A program made the translations under genes and the position numbers. Source: a virus (Duplodnaviria > Caudoviricetes). From it: a DNA stretch of 64,000 bases. Below the pieces are notes generated by a model. That model searched no databases. It worked only from the letters and a program-made list of their open reading frames with translations, and had not been told where the DNA came from. The stretch is from the IMG/VR virus record IMGVR_UViG_3300028591_000164, positions 1 to 64,000 of that record; one strand, written 5' to 3'. Of this stretch, positions 46,552-58,077 are shown piece by piece. How positions within the stretch are numbered: the stretch's first letter is position 1; the number at the start of each line of letters is the position of its first letter.

Positions 46552-48827
46552 TATTCATCCACCTCCGCGCGTTCAAACTGGAATGTTAAATTTTCGCCAT
46601 CTATTAATGTAATTTTCGCAATAACTGGGAATACTGAGTTCTTCCGTTTTTTAGGAATGAAGTTATTTTCTCTTCTAATTCCTTGTACCATTAACTTAGT
46701 ACCGCGACTAAACCAGCTCTTCTCAATAACGTGTTTTTTGCCATCTTCACCACGTTGCGATAACTGTTTATCATATATCGCAAACTGATTCTTATATACT
46801 TTAACAGTTACAACACCAGTTGGAGTTAATAACGTTACCGTATTATGTAATTTATCTTTATCAATTACTGTACCAATAATCTTATGTAAAGTATATACTT
46901 TAACTTCTTGTCCATTTGTTCCACGAAAACTATATTCAATTTCTGGTTCTTCTGGTAAAGTAAAGAAATCATCATATTGTGGTGCCGCGGTGGCAAGTTC
47001 ATGCTCATGATAATAAAAACTAATACTATCCATTTCCCACTTGCTTATATTACCATTACTATATTTTTCCGCGGCTTCATTGTAAATTGTGTCATTTAAT
47101 TTCTGTAACATCTCTTGTTTATGCGCTTTTATATATTCTCTCATTGGGTCCATTGCTTTTTTATAAATGTTATCCCAAACTTTTTGAGAAATCTGCACAC
47201 CATTTTCAATTAAATCCGCATCAAAATTCTTTGTAATATAATTGATTGCTGCATCATTTAATCTATAATAAATACCATCTTTATTATCTTTTAAGAACTT
47301 ATTAAACAAGAATAACTTCTTATAAAATATCATATCTTCTGGGATTAAATCTTTTGTAATCAATGCCTGCATATTTCTTAAATTCAAATCTACCTTTTTA
47401 TCAATAGTTGATTCAAGAAACTTCCGCATTATTTCTTCTCGTGGCATTTTTTCAATTTCATCAAACGCCCCAGATTTAATCAAATTTACAATCTGTATAA
47501 TATTTAATTTATTCTTTCCTAAAAAGTCCTTTAAAGATAAGTATGGGCGCTGCTCCATAATTTCAGTAATTTTTTCTCCGGATATACGTGCGATGCCGCG
47601 TAGTCCGTATAGAATTGTATTTGTTTCCGCAATTGGGGTAAATGTATAAGAAGATTTATTAATATCTGGCGGCGAAACTTGAATCCCGTATCCACCTAAT
47701 TTACCGATTATAGACGCGATACGCCCATAATCTATATTCTTTTGCTTTTTCTTTTTCTTATCTTCTTCATTCGCTGTAATGTCTTTATTTGCCTCTTCCC
47801 ACTCTTCTAATTCTTCATCATCATCTTCTACCGCGGTATCAATAGCGTCATCATCCGGCGCCAATTCTACTTCAATCATTGCTTCATCATTATCATCTTC
47901 AAAATCGACGGTTTGCACACCACCACTATCTACAATAAGATTGGCTGTGTTCCAATATACGATTGGATACTTATATGCTAAATTCATTTCTTGAAGTGCA
48001 ATTATTGAATAGGCGAGCGTGTGACTCGCATTAAAGCCATAGCCGCGGCTTAAAGCAATCTGAACATCCCATACATAATGGCAAAAACGTTCATCGCATC
48101 CTTTTTCTTTAATACCTTTAAAAAACTTTTCAGTTAATTCTTCATATTCTTTTGGATTCTTTTTCGCAATACTTTTCCTTAACTTATCTGCGAATTGTAA
48201 GTCCCAGCCACCACATTCTGGCAACTGAACCAGTTTCATAAATTGTTCCTGCGTGATAGAAAGACCATTTGAAATATCAAGTTCTTTATGCATTAATTTC
48301 ATTCGCTCTTCTGTCAATCCATATTCGCGCATTTCTTTATCCCACATCCAAGGATGTTCACGAAATCGCGCATACTTATCAAGTGGTGATTCTGCGCCTT
48401 TCTCCGCAGCCATTAGACGAATAACGGAGTTTAAGGTTGCGAGGTCGTCTACATTACGCGGATTTGTTAAACCAATACCGCGAATACCACTATCTTTTTC
48501 CATCTGAAACAGTGAAATAATTTTGTGGTCATGCACCATATCCCACATTTTAGGATCTTCGCGTTCAAGCTGATATACATTTAATGCATGTTCATATGTT
48601 TCTCTTAAAGTTGGATATTCTTTAATATAACCATCTTTGACTAACATTTCTAAGCAAACTTGAATTTTATCCGCAGCTTCAACTGAAAGCAAGTCCATTT
48701 TAATTTCTGAAACATCTTCCAAATCATGAAGCTCAAATTGAGTTACAATTGTTCCATCAGGCGCACGCATTAAGGCAGAAGATTCTGTAAAATCTTTGTC
48801 TTTAAACACAACACCGCCTGCGTGAAT
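46551..48827 (-). CDS. dnaE: DNA polymerase III alpha, exon 2
   Basis: Begins IHAGGVVF; KMDLL, QEQFM, ADKLRKSIAKK, YGFNASHTLAY, PPDINKS, OB-fold C-terminus. Confidence 0.92.
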   Translation of the reverse strand: MHAGGVVFKDKDFTESSALMRAPDGTIVTQFELHDLEDVSEIKMDLLSVEAADKIQVCLEMLVKDGYIKEYPTLRETYEHALNVYQLEREDPKMWDMVHDHKIISLFQMEKDSGIRGIGLTNPRNVDDLATLNSVIRLMAAEKGAESPLDKYARFREHPWMWDKEMREYGLTEERMKLMHKELDISNGLSITQEQFMKLVQLPECGGWDLQFADKLRKSIAKKNPKEYEELTEKFFKGIKEKGCDERFCHYVWDVQIALSRGYGFNASHTLAYSIIALQEMNLAYKYPIVYWNTANLIVDSGGVQTVDFEDDNDEAMIEVELAPDDDAIDTAVEDDDEELEEWEEANKDITANEEDKKKKKQKNIDYGRIASIIGKLGGYGIQVSPPDINKSSYTFTPIAETNTILYGLRGIARISGEKITEIMEQRPYLSLKDFLGKNKLNIIQIVNLIKSGAFDEIEKMPREEIMRKFLESTIDKKVDLNLRNMQALITKDLIPEDMIFYKKLFLFNKFLKDNKDGIYYRLNDAAINYITKNFDADLIENGVQISQKVWDNIYKKAMDPMREYIKAHKQEMLQKLNDTIYNEAAEKYSNGNISKWEMDSISFYYHEHELATAAPQYDDFFTLPEEPEIEYSFRGTNGQEVKVYTLHKIIGTVIDKDKLHNTVTLLTPTGVVTVKVYKNQFAIYDKQLSQRGEDGKKHVIEKSWFSRGTKLMVQGIRRENNFIPKKRKNSVFPVIAKITLIDGENLTFQFERAEVDE

Positions 48828-49836
48828 CAGTTATTCCTATGTTACCATAGGCCCAGACTATATCTTCATTTCTTTCATTTTTTCTTCTCGTAAAGATTTG
48901 GCAAGCCTAAGAGCCTCTTCTTCACCATATTTTTCAACAGAAAAAGATTTTGAATGTCTTTTATGATTTTCATCTGTCCATTCACAAATCCAACTTGCTT
49001 TTGCTATTCCTGGCCGCGCTTCTCTCTTATAAACGCCACGAATATCACAAGAACTTTCTTTTCTTGGCTTGGCGTTTGCTGAATTAATTGCCCTGTTAGT
49101 TATTCGCAAATTTGTTTTTCTATTGTCTAGCGGGTCTCTATTAATATGGTCTATAACCATATTATCGTTATCATTATGTAAAATAAACTAATGTAATCCG
49201 ATTTTTTGTAATGAATTTTCATTACTTACAATTCGTATATCATTTTCATGAACTAATAATGTCCATTTATATTGGCTTACTCTTGTATAATCGTCTTTAT
49301 CTATTTTTCCAAACGCTTCTATATTTCGTGTATTTATAATATGTAAGATATAATAATCATCTTTTTCAATATATTCATTTAATACATTTTTCCTAAAAGC
49401 GTTGGCCTTCTTATTTTCATTACGAATATTAGAAGTATAATGATGTAAATTTGTATGCGCGCGACATCCATTAATTTGTTCTACTAAACTTAATGAAACA
49501 TTACATATTTTAGCAATATCTACATTGCGTTGCTGATTTTCTAAACGATGAATAATATCTAAAATAATTTCATCCGAATACTTTTTCATATTTTCACCCC
49601 CTTTATATTATATTTTATTAGGCTTATGAAAGAAATGCGAGGCGCTTCGAGTGGTAGCATCTCCACTCTACTTGGCTACATTCATCACCAATAGTCGTTA
49701 CACCTTCTACCAATAAGTAGCTTGGCACGGGATTATCACCAGCATTTTACGCGGGAGATTTCCCCGTTAGCAGAAAAATTTTCCACACCGCTTGCAAAGC
49801 GTTCACCTCGTTTTACATGGGCTATCACTTACGTTA
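48828..49836 (-). mobile_element. Group I self-splicing intron (1,009 nt, IA-like) in dnaE
   Basis: P1 AUGGGU/GCCCAU with U.G at the 5' splice site; P-like UGCUAACGGGGAAUC; Q-like AAUCCCGUGCCAAG; R AAGGUGUAACGACUA; S AAGAUAUAGUCU; P7 GACUA (49692-49696) / UAGUC (48856-48860); P9 CUAUG-GUAA-CAUAG; terminal G; splicing restores ICGMG|IHAGGVV in frame. Confidence 0.92.
48831..49589 (-). CDS. Intron-encoded HNH-AP2 homing endonuclease (252 aa with TAG=Gln)
   Basis: IDHINRDPLDNRKTNLR (HNH) and SKSFSVEKYGEEEALRLAK (AP2-like); track ORFs 49188-49589 and 48858-49160 joined by TAG; two further TAGs before TAA 48831. Confidence 0.85.
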
Positions 49837-51546
49837 ACCCATTCCGCAAATCAATCCTTCAATACGATTCGCAACTTCCCACAATTTCGGATATTTATTT
49901 ACTTCATTAATAAACATCTGATTCGGTTGAAGACCATTTTCTTCATCACCATAATACATTTGCTTCAATGTATATAACTGTCCACGTTCCGCGCCAATTA
50001 ATGAAGAAACATACTGTGCATTATCTACATCAATACCAAGACCGCGGCACGCGGTTAATATTGCGGATTTTGATTTTTCTAGTTTAAATGTTGCTACATT
50101 TGATACTCGGTTTTCTCCATAAAAATCTCTTAAATGTTCCAATACTTGCGCACGTTTAATACCAGAAATATCAACGTCAATATCAAGGACGCTAACACGC
50201 GCGGGATTGAGGAACCTCCACGGAAATGTAGGTGTTTTTTCGCGCAGGCAATTGATTTGAATAATATCTAACGCATATAGAAGTAAAAAACCACCGCCAG
50301 AACCACGCGCTGGCATGACTAATGTTCCCGCATTCCAACATTCATCTATAATCTTTTGAAGATTTAAGAAATACGCGGACCACTGCGCTTTATTTACTTC
50401 GCTTGAAATCCAAGTCATTTCTAGACACTCATTAAGCGCATCGTATGCCGCTTGATTTTGTAAATCTTCATGCTCGTGAATACCTTCAATAAGCGCCAAT
50501 GCTAATTGATTATCGGCATAATATTGAGATTTAACAAATTTTTCTAATGCTGGCATTAGTCTTGTAAAAGCAAAAACTTCATCTGGTTGCCGCCGCTTAA
50601 ATTTTCTCCATGGAAGTTGAGGAATTTCCAATGGCTTTAAAATACTAAAATCTTCACATTTATCTTTTATTTCTCTAATAGTTTTATACGCAGCCTCAAT
50701 TTGTTCTTCTGTTAAATATGGAAAAAATGAACGAATCTCTTCATCCGTCATCATATAAGTTGTTTCATAAAAACTTTTAACTTCACGCTCACCGTCTTGT
50801 GCGTTTAAAAATGTTTCATGAATAAACGCATCTTCGGGCCGCAGATAATGACTATCAGTTGTAATGATATATGGAATATTTAATTCTTCACTAATTTTTA
50901 ATAACTGCTTATTTACAAATACCTGTTCTTTTCCATTTGAAGGCTGCATCTCCAAATAAAAATTACCCACGCCAAAAATATTCTGAATATATAAACACCA
51001 ATTCTTTGCTGTTTCATAAAAATTAATATCGTTGGTATTCATATATTGAAGTAAAAATCTATCTAACTGCGAACCCAAGCAAGCACTTGAAGCAATCAAA
51101 TGCCCCGGATTTTTTCCTACTATTTCTTTTAAATCTCTATAATAAGTTGGACGCCGCCGCAACCTACGACTAATATATGACCGCTTCCATGCTCTTGTAG
51201 ATAATTCACAAATTTGATGATAACCTTCCAAATCCTTGCATAAAAGAATAAAGTGAAAATATCTATCACGGGTTTTATCAAAATTCTTCACATTTAAATC
51301 ATTACGTGTCAGATAAATCTCATTGCCGCGGATTAACTTAAAATCTGGATGTTGTTCTTTAATTTTCTTATAATATTTTTCTGCTTTAATATAACTTGAA
51401 ATTGTTTCATGGTCTGTAATCGCAACGCATTCATGCCCTAATTGAATTGCTGTATCAATTAGGGCATTTACTTTATTTATACAATCACGAAGTGTCTCAT
51501 TGCTATAATCGGTGTGATTATGCAAAGAACCAGGGTATAAACTCAC
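49837..51546 (-). CDS. dnaE: DNA polymerase III alpha, exon 1 (spliced product 1,328 aa)
   Basis: PHP motifs LHNHTDYS, AITDHE, SACLG, TTDSHY; ARGSGGG; LDIDVD. Confidence 0.93.
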
Positions 51547-51576
51547 ACAACCACCTCTTTCTATTATTCTGTAATT

Positions 51577-51605
51577 ATTATAGCATAATTTTTAATTTTC
51601 GTCAA
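51577..51605 (-). promoter_or_regulatory. SigmaA-type promoter for dnaE
   Basis: TTGACG-17-TATAAT with extended TG. Confidence 0.7.
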
Positions 51606-51804
51606 GTGTTTCCATTATTGCGGTTCGTATATGCTTATATAAATTTAGTTTAGGTCTTAATTTTCTTATCATTCCAGCGTACATTTTTGGATAATGACAC
51701 TTTTCATTACTATGGAATGCATACTGAAAAGAAAATGGACAATTATAAATATCTTCGTCATCATTCGGGTCAGTATAAGCAAATATACAATCGGTACAAA
51801 TCAT
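51592..51804 (-). CDS. Small Cys-containing hypothetical protein (70 aa)
   Basis: Track ORF; CTDC...C...C; RBS AAGGAG. Confidence 0.5.
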   Translation of the reverse strand: MICTDCIFAYTDPNDDEDIYNCPFSFQYAFHSNEKCHYPKMYAGMIRKLRPKLNLYKHIRTAIMETLDEN

Positions 51805-51926
51805 TTTTCTCGCTCCTTATAATTATTACATATATATCGTGAATCTATTTTAACATTCCATAATTTACAGTAATCATAATACCAACTGTAATAAATACAA
51901 TTATCACAACATTTTTTAGAATTCAT
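51801..51926 (-). CDS. Very small Cys-rich peptide (41 aa)
   Basis: MNSKKCCDNCIYYSWYYDYCKLWNVKIDSRYICNNYKEREK; overlaps both neighbours. Confidence 0.4.
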   Translation of the reverse strand: MNSKKCCDNCIYYSWYYDYCKLWNVKIDSRYICNNYKEREK

Positions 51927-53688
51927 ATTTACTATTATCTATTTTAAATTCATAATCATCTATAAAAACCTATATTGAGGTTTTTCCCATAAATGTATTT
52001 AAATTCGCGCGACCATATACCGTTAATGTCTTCATTCTATTATTCATAACTTCATTAACAAAATCAGCATCTTTAAATCTTACATAATCAACACCATTGT
52101 ATGAGATTTTCATACTATCTTTATTCGCGCCCATAGCCATTACATTAGCAAGAGCAATATCGGTAATAACAAATTTAATTTCATCTATGTGATTACCAAA
52201 GTATTCTGGATGTTCAGCTAGTGTATAGAGTAACTGTGCGTTTCCTTGCCTACCATCTAAAATATAATCAACTGTATAACAATTTTCAAAATCTTCTGGA
52301 TTTAAATGATTATTACAATAATCAATTAATGAATCAATTTTCTGGCTTTTAATTCCCCAACCGCAAGCATTATCGTGTCCCGCGGCATACATTAATAGTC
52401 CACTGTTTTCAAGGAATGCTTTAAAACTTGGTAGCCCATTAAAATTTCCATCACTACGAATACTTCCTTGTACTTCACCGCGGCTATTGCGGCGACCAAT
52501 CATAACAGGTTTATGATATTTAGAAACAATCGCCATAGCAATTAAGCCAGTAAGTTCTTGTTGGATATTATCAGAAGAATCTAGTTCTACAAGAATTACA
52601 TTATTAGAAAGCAAATCATTCTTCTGAATCTTAAAATCAATTAAATCAATAGCCTTTTCTTTTAGCTTATCCTGTCGCGCCTTTGCATTTTTACCTACTC
52701 GCGCAGTTTGCTCCGCGGCTGTTTCCGTATCTCCTAACTTTGCGCCGCGTTTCGTACTTGCTACTAATCTATCTGGATCAATAAAACAATAAAACATTGT
52801 TTCTTTTTCCGCGCGCGTGCCCACGCGCGTAATGGCATTAATTAGAGGTGCAATATAAAAGGCAATATCAATTGGATTTAGACCAGGCCATGGATAAACC
52901 GCTTTTTCTTTTAAGGAAAAAGCCTGCGCTTCAAGTAAAGTTTGGAATCCTTTATTTTGAATGTTGGCTAATCCCGCGAGCATTAAATAATTTGTTTCCG
53001 CAGTTGTTCTATCCATAACATCAGCAATTTCTCCAAGCGCCGTTAAGTCTAAATAATTATGTGAAAGTTCTACTCCAAGAGTATCATCTAGAACTTCGCA
53101 AAATTTATATACTACTCCCGCACCGCATAGAGATTTATTCTCATATTTTGGAGATAATTGATTATTAATAATAATCGTATTCTTCGCGGTTGAAATTACT
53201 GGATTGCCATTATCATCATATAGTTGTTCATGGTGGTCAAGAATTAAGCAATCAATTCCTAATTGTTCCAATCTTGAATGCTCTTTTACATCATAACTGG
53301 CACTGTCTGGACAAATAACTAAATTATAAACCGGATCATCTTCAATACTATTAATTATATCACTTAAACCATGTTGCTTATGTTCATGGACAACAAAATT
53401 TAAATCTGCTTGCGGAAAAATGCTTTTGATATAAAGCCATAAAATCGCAGAGCTTGTAAATCCATCACAGTCCGCATCTACTACAAATAAAATACTACTA
53501 TTCGCGCGAAGGTGGTGTAATAGCATTTCTACTCCCTCTTCAATATGTTCTAAATCATATGGATTTAATTCACAAGCAAAAGATGGATTTAAAAATTTAT
53601 CTATATCCTTTACTCCACGGTCAATTAAAATTGCTGGTAGTGCTGCCGCGGGATTCATGGGGTAATTATTTCTTAATTTATATTTCAT
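51916..53688 (-). CDS. recJ: RecJ-like DHH ssDNA exonuclease (590 aa, 1 TAG)
   Basis: VDADCDGFTS, CPDSAS, ILDHH, AAGHDNACG; TAG readthrough adds QVFIDDYEF... to TAA. Confidence 0.9.
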
Positions 53689-53705
53689 ACCATATTCATT
53701 CTCCT

Positions 53706-54833
53706 TTACTTTACTTTAACTCTTGTTTTATATAAATGTTCAAATATATCTTTACCTCTATCAAACGGGGAATCTTTTTCTTTCAATACATTATCAAAAT
53801 CCCACATATATGAAAAATTCGCTTGATTCTTATATTTCCTACACATAGAAACTATTTTTTCTTTATACTTTTTTGCTTTTTCGTCGCGACAGTTTTCATA
53901 TTCTTTATCAAGCGCGACAATAATTTCATTAGCTCCTAATATATCAGTTAATAAACTAATGTGATATTTATTAAAAGTAGAACCGCAACAAGCAACGCAA
54001 TTACTTAAATCTCCATAATAGCCATCATCTAACAAGACGGATTTTTCTCCTTCCGCGATAATTGCGCTTCTACGATATTGTATTCCAATTTGATGTTCAT
54101 ATATTCCATATAAATTAAATTGAAGCTGATGCGTATACATTATTGGTCCAATTTTAATTGGCATATATTTTCCATACTCTTCAATATCGCGTTCTTCAAT
54201 GGAGCGCGCGCGAATACCAACTAGACGACCATTTATATCAAAATGCGGAATTACAATCTTATTTTGTCCAATACAAAAACTAATTTGAAATTTATCCATT
54301 GCTTCTTTTGTAATACCATCTTTTAGCCAAAGTGGATGATAGTATTTTGTAAAGTAAGATAATATTTCTGTTGGGTATTCATCTAATATAGGAATATTTT
54401 TTGTATATTTATACTTTTCTAAATCTAAATTATCTTTATATTTTTTTCTCTGATTAACATGCACTATTTGTTTTAAGCAATGCTTTACATACATTTCTGC
54501 TTCGTCATCAGAGATTTTTCTATCTTCATTAATGTCCATAAACTTTTTGTATAAAGTAAAAATGGACATTGCTTCATTACATTCAGTATAGCAGCGGAAA
54601 ATCTTATTATTCTGATACCAATACAATTTCATAGATTCCGCCGCATGAAGTGGATTATGACAAATTGTTGGGCATACTAAATATCCTTTTTCAGGATACA
54701 TTGCTATTTGATTAACGCCCAAACTTTCTAAAAAAGTCTTTACGTCATCTAATGTAATAGATTCCATAATGTCTCTTTTAGTCATTTCTATTAAATCCAA
54801 TTCTGTATCTAAATCGCCTAGCGTAGCTATCAT
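53706..54833 (-). CDS. DNA primase (375 aa)
   Basis: Zn-binding CPTICHN...CYTEC; IVIPHFD; TOPRIM IAEGEKSV and ALDKE. Confidence 0.85.
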   Translation of the reverse strand: MIATLGDLDTELDLIEMTKRDIMESITLDDVKTFLESLGVNQIAMYPEKGYLVCPTICHNPLHAAESMKLYWYQNNKIFRCYTECNEAMSIFTLYKKFMDINEDRKISDDEAEMYVKHCLKQIVHVNQRKKYKDNLDLEKYKYTKNIPILDEYPTEILSYFTKYYHPLWLKDGITKEAMDKFQISFCIGQNKIVIPHFDINGRLVGIRARSIEERDIEEYGKYMPIKIGPIMYTHQLQFNLYGIYEHQIGIQYRRSAIIAEGEKSVLLDDGYYGDLSNCVACCGSTFNKYHISLLTDILGANEIIVALDKEYENCRDEKAKKYKEKIVSMCRKYKNQANFSYMWDFDNVLKEKDSPFDRGKDIFEHLYKTRVKVK

Positions 54834-56443
54834 TTAGATTCCCCTTCCCAATCAATTTCTAATTCTTTTGAAGGTGTAAATATCTCCATTTTAGTATCAT
54901 TAGTAATTGGATTATTGTTAGAATCCGTCATAAATAAATCTCTTCTGTAACCCGTGCCTAAATGTAGATTTAACCAAATCCTTACGTTCTTAAAACGTCC
55001 GCGGCGCATTTTATAGATGTCAATAACATGAGTTGGTTTACTATCATCTTCTAAATATTTACTACTTATAATGCCTTCGCGCACAGCCATACGAAAATTA
55101 GGAAGCAACTTTTGCCATGTTTGTTCACTGACTCGCGTCATTACATAACCCATATCGCACTTATCAGCTACTGCCTTACTGCCGCGAATACACATCTCAT
55201 TTTTAAATTCTCCATCATCACCCATTGCCATCGCATTAACCTGTGTCGCGGAAAAAATAAAAACATTGTAATCTTTGGCAACCTATTTTAACTGATTTGC
55301 CATCATCATTAGGATTGTATCTTCTCTTAAATTATTTTTAGCAAATTCATTAACCATACTCGCGGTTGTGTGAATATAGTCAAAGAAAATATATTTTACT
55401 TTATCCAGTGTGGCATATTTTCTAATTGTCGCTTCAACATTTACAAGATTTGGCTCGCTAATTTCTTCAATTATAAAATAGCCACTATATTTTTCTATAA
55501 TTTTTCCAGCATATCTAACACGCTGTTCTTCACCTAATTCATATTCGCCGCGAAGTATATGGTCCTCATTAACACCAGATAAATAAGCCAACATAATCGT
55601 TTGTAATTCTTCTTTATCCATCTCTGTTACGATAAACAATACTTTTCTTGGCTTATATACTTCTCCTGTTACATTATCTGCTTCTTGAACAAAAGTATTT
55701 TTTTCATGCGACCATTTAATTGGATATGCTAATCTACAAGCATCAAATACCGAAGTTCTCGTCTTACCCGCGTTCGTGCTTGCTGATTTTAAGAAGAAAC
55801 ATCCTTCTCTCGCACCGCGGCACGCATAATTAAATAATTTTCCTTCCAAGTTCGGTCCAATATCTGGACTTTGTTTTAATCTATCTATTAAAGCAAAAAT
55901 GCCCTCTGCCGGGTCTCCTTTTGCTTTTCCACCATTTAAATAATCATTTCTAATTATATTGTATTTACTTTCTACTGTATTTAGAATTTCTTCAAGTGTC
56001 GCATTATTAAATCTTTCTAATGTTTTTACTTCTTTTAATGGGTCATCATTTTCTTTATCATCTATATAATAATCACTAATATCATATTTATCTTCTTTTA
56101 ATCTACGAAGCAATGAATACTTTTTTAATCTTTGATAATACATATCAAAGTTACTTCCTGATGAAGAAGCATATTCATATGCATTCTTTAAATACTCTAA
56201 TCCGCCTTCTCTTTCATAAGCACTATATATTTTATCACGCCTGGCAAACTCTTGGTCTACTTCCGCAGGAGTTAATGTTTTTGCTCCTTGTGTATATAAA
56301 TATCTAATAACGCCCATGCACCTTCGTGCGATTTCTAAATCAAAATCAGCTGGGGTTAAATCTGGATATTCCAAAAAGAGAAGTGGATTATGGATTAATG
56401 CGCCAACAATTGCTCGTTGTGCTGCTGTATCTGATAAAACCAA
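54830..56443 (-). CDS. DnaB-like replicative helicase (537 aa, 1 TAG)
   Basis: STNAGKT, IVTEM, FFDYIH, QLK-Q-VAKDYNVFIFSATQVN, RGSKAVADKCD; the two track fragments are joined by TAG 55283. Confidence 0.88.
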
Positions 56444-56455
56444 TTAAATCCCCTC

Positions 56456-56935
56456 TCATTCAAACCATTCATCAAGATTTTCTTCTTGTTCCTCATCTAT
56501 ATTTTCCCGTATTGATACAGGCTTTTCTACAATTTCTATCGCGGCTGCCGCGGCTAATTGTCCGGCCGCTGCGCTTTGCTGCCTTTTATACTGTTTCATT
56601 TTTTCTACATTTGTAGGTGTTACTAAACACAAAGATTTAGATAGCACTTTTAACTTTAACACATTATATAAATAATCCAGACAATCACTAATAGTATTAT
56701 CTGTATAACCATATTTTATTATTATTCGTTTTCTATCTTTCATTATTCGCGGCCATAATTTCTGGTCATTACCAAATATAGAAACGATTTTTAATTTTAA
56801 CGCATCAAAATCTTGCTGTTCTTTTAAACATTTTTTGCAATAACTATGATAGGTTTTATACCCGGGTGCGCAATAATCAATTAATTCGTCTTTACGAAAA
56901 TTATCATGACATTTCCAACATCTTTTACTATCCAT
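56456..56935 (-). CDS. Zn-finger protein upstream of helicase (159 aa), possible loader/initiator
   Basis: CWKC...HSYCKKC; function inferred from position only. Confidence 0.5.
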   Translation of the reverse strand: MDSKRCWKCHDNFRKDELIDYCAPGYKTYHSYCKKCLKEQQDFDALKLKIVSIFGNDQKLWPRIMKDRKRIIIKYGYTDNTISDCLDYLYNVLKLKVLSKSLCLVTPTNVEKMKQYKRQQSAAAGQLAAAAAIEIVEKPVSIRENIDEEQEENLDEWFE

Positions 56936-56956
56936 TTATATTTCACCTCTATAATT

Positions 56957-56985
56957 ATTATAACATAAGTTTAAAAGAAAGTCAA
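56957..56985 (-). promoter_or_regulatory. SigmaA-type promoter for the helicase-primase-recJ unit
   Basis: TTGACT-17-TATAAT with extended TG. Confidence 0.8.
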
Positions 56986-57020
56986 ATAAAACAAGGACGT
57001 TTCTAAATTTGAAACGTCCT
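56986..57020 (-). terminator. Intrinsic terminator
   Basis: AGGACGTTTC-7-GAAACGTCCT then TGTTTTATTT. Confidence 0.75.
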
Positions 57021-57036
57021 CTCCGCTCTTTTGAGC

Positions 57037-58035
57037 TTACATTAAATCTTTCATTTCATCTATAAACAATTCAACAAGGTCGGTTTGTGAAGGCACCGCC
57101 TGGCTGAGTTTAAAATCTTCTGAGCCAAATACTCGCTTAATAATATCGCGCATAATGTTAGCGTGCTGATCTTTTTCTTCTTCATTAGCGGCTATATCTA
57201 AATAATGAATCCAGATTTGCTTGGCTTCTTCCATAACTTCTTGGAATGGACGCGCCTTAACCTGCGCGATTTCAGTATGGTCAGTTACTTCTGCTCCATC
57301 CTTTACGACTGCTTGGTCAATTGCGTCGCCAATCGCATCTACAAGCTCTTTATAACCAAACTTGATTTTAGGTGCTAGATATTGATACCTTGAACCCGCG
57401 AAAACAGTTGGAGTAGAACGTGTATATAAATAGCGCTCTGTTGTTCCATCCGCGTTCATTTGAACTTGGAGATAACCAATAATGTCTACAATACTATTTA
57501 TAATTGTATAAGCATTATTTGGTAGGTCTGGGGCGACCGCGGTAATTGGATTCCCTTCTTCATCACGCATTTCAGTTGGCTTTTCCTTACTATGTGCAAT
57601 GAATAGAATACCAAATCCTAGTAGAGTAATCTCACGCCAACATTCAGAAAACTCATTCTTAACCATTCCCCATCCTTGACCCCAAGGAATGTCTCTAATA
57701 GAATCAACTGATTCACGCTGTTTAATATATTCTTCACAAAGTTGCCAAGCAATAGAAGCTGTATCAACGACAATGCTATCATACATTTCGCGTGCCTGCG
57801 GCTTACGTAGCTGGCTTAGTACCTTTTTAAAGTCCGTCCAACGAAGAATAGGCACGCCGCGAATACCAGCAAGAGCGTTTGTACCCTATTCAAAGTTAAG
57901 GAATAATGCGCGTGGTAACTAAGAACCAAATGTAGACTTGCCGGTTTTTGGCTAGCCATATATCAGCAAGAACTTTCCTTTAAGGTCGCGAGAAATCTTA
58001 CTTGGTTCGAGGTTGAAAATGTCAATATTCGCCAT
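57037..58035 (-). CDS. Sak4/AAA_24-like ATPase, putative single-strand annealing protein (332 aa, 3 TAG)
   Basis: LIYG-Q-PKTGKST Walker A, LNFE-Q-GT, IVVDT, LFIAHS, VDIIGYL. Confidence 0.75.
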
Positions 58036-58050
58036 ATGTCATCCCTCCTA

Positions 58051-58077
58051 AAATAACCTGGGAGAATTACTCCCAGG
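58051..58077 (-). terminator. Hairpin overlapping the SSB-like gene stop
   Basis: CCTGGGAG-TAATT-CTCCCAGG then TTATTTT. Confidence 0.55.

Noticed and set aside
48810-49836. Split or intein-containing DnaE
   Set aside because: Exon 1 is followed by an in-frame TAA, there are no intein N- or C-terminal motifs, and complete group I RNA elements are present.
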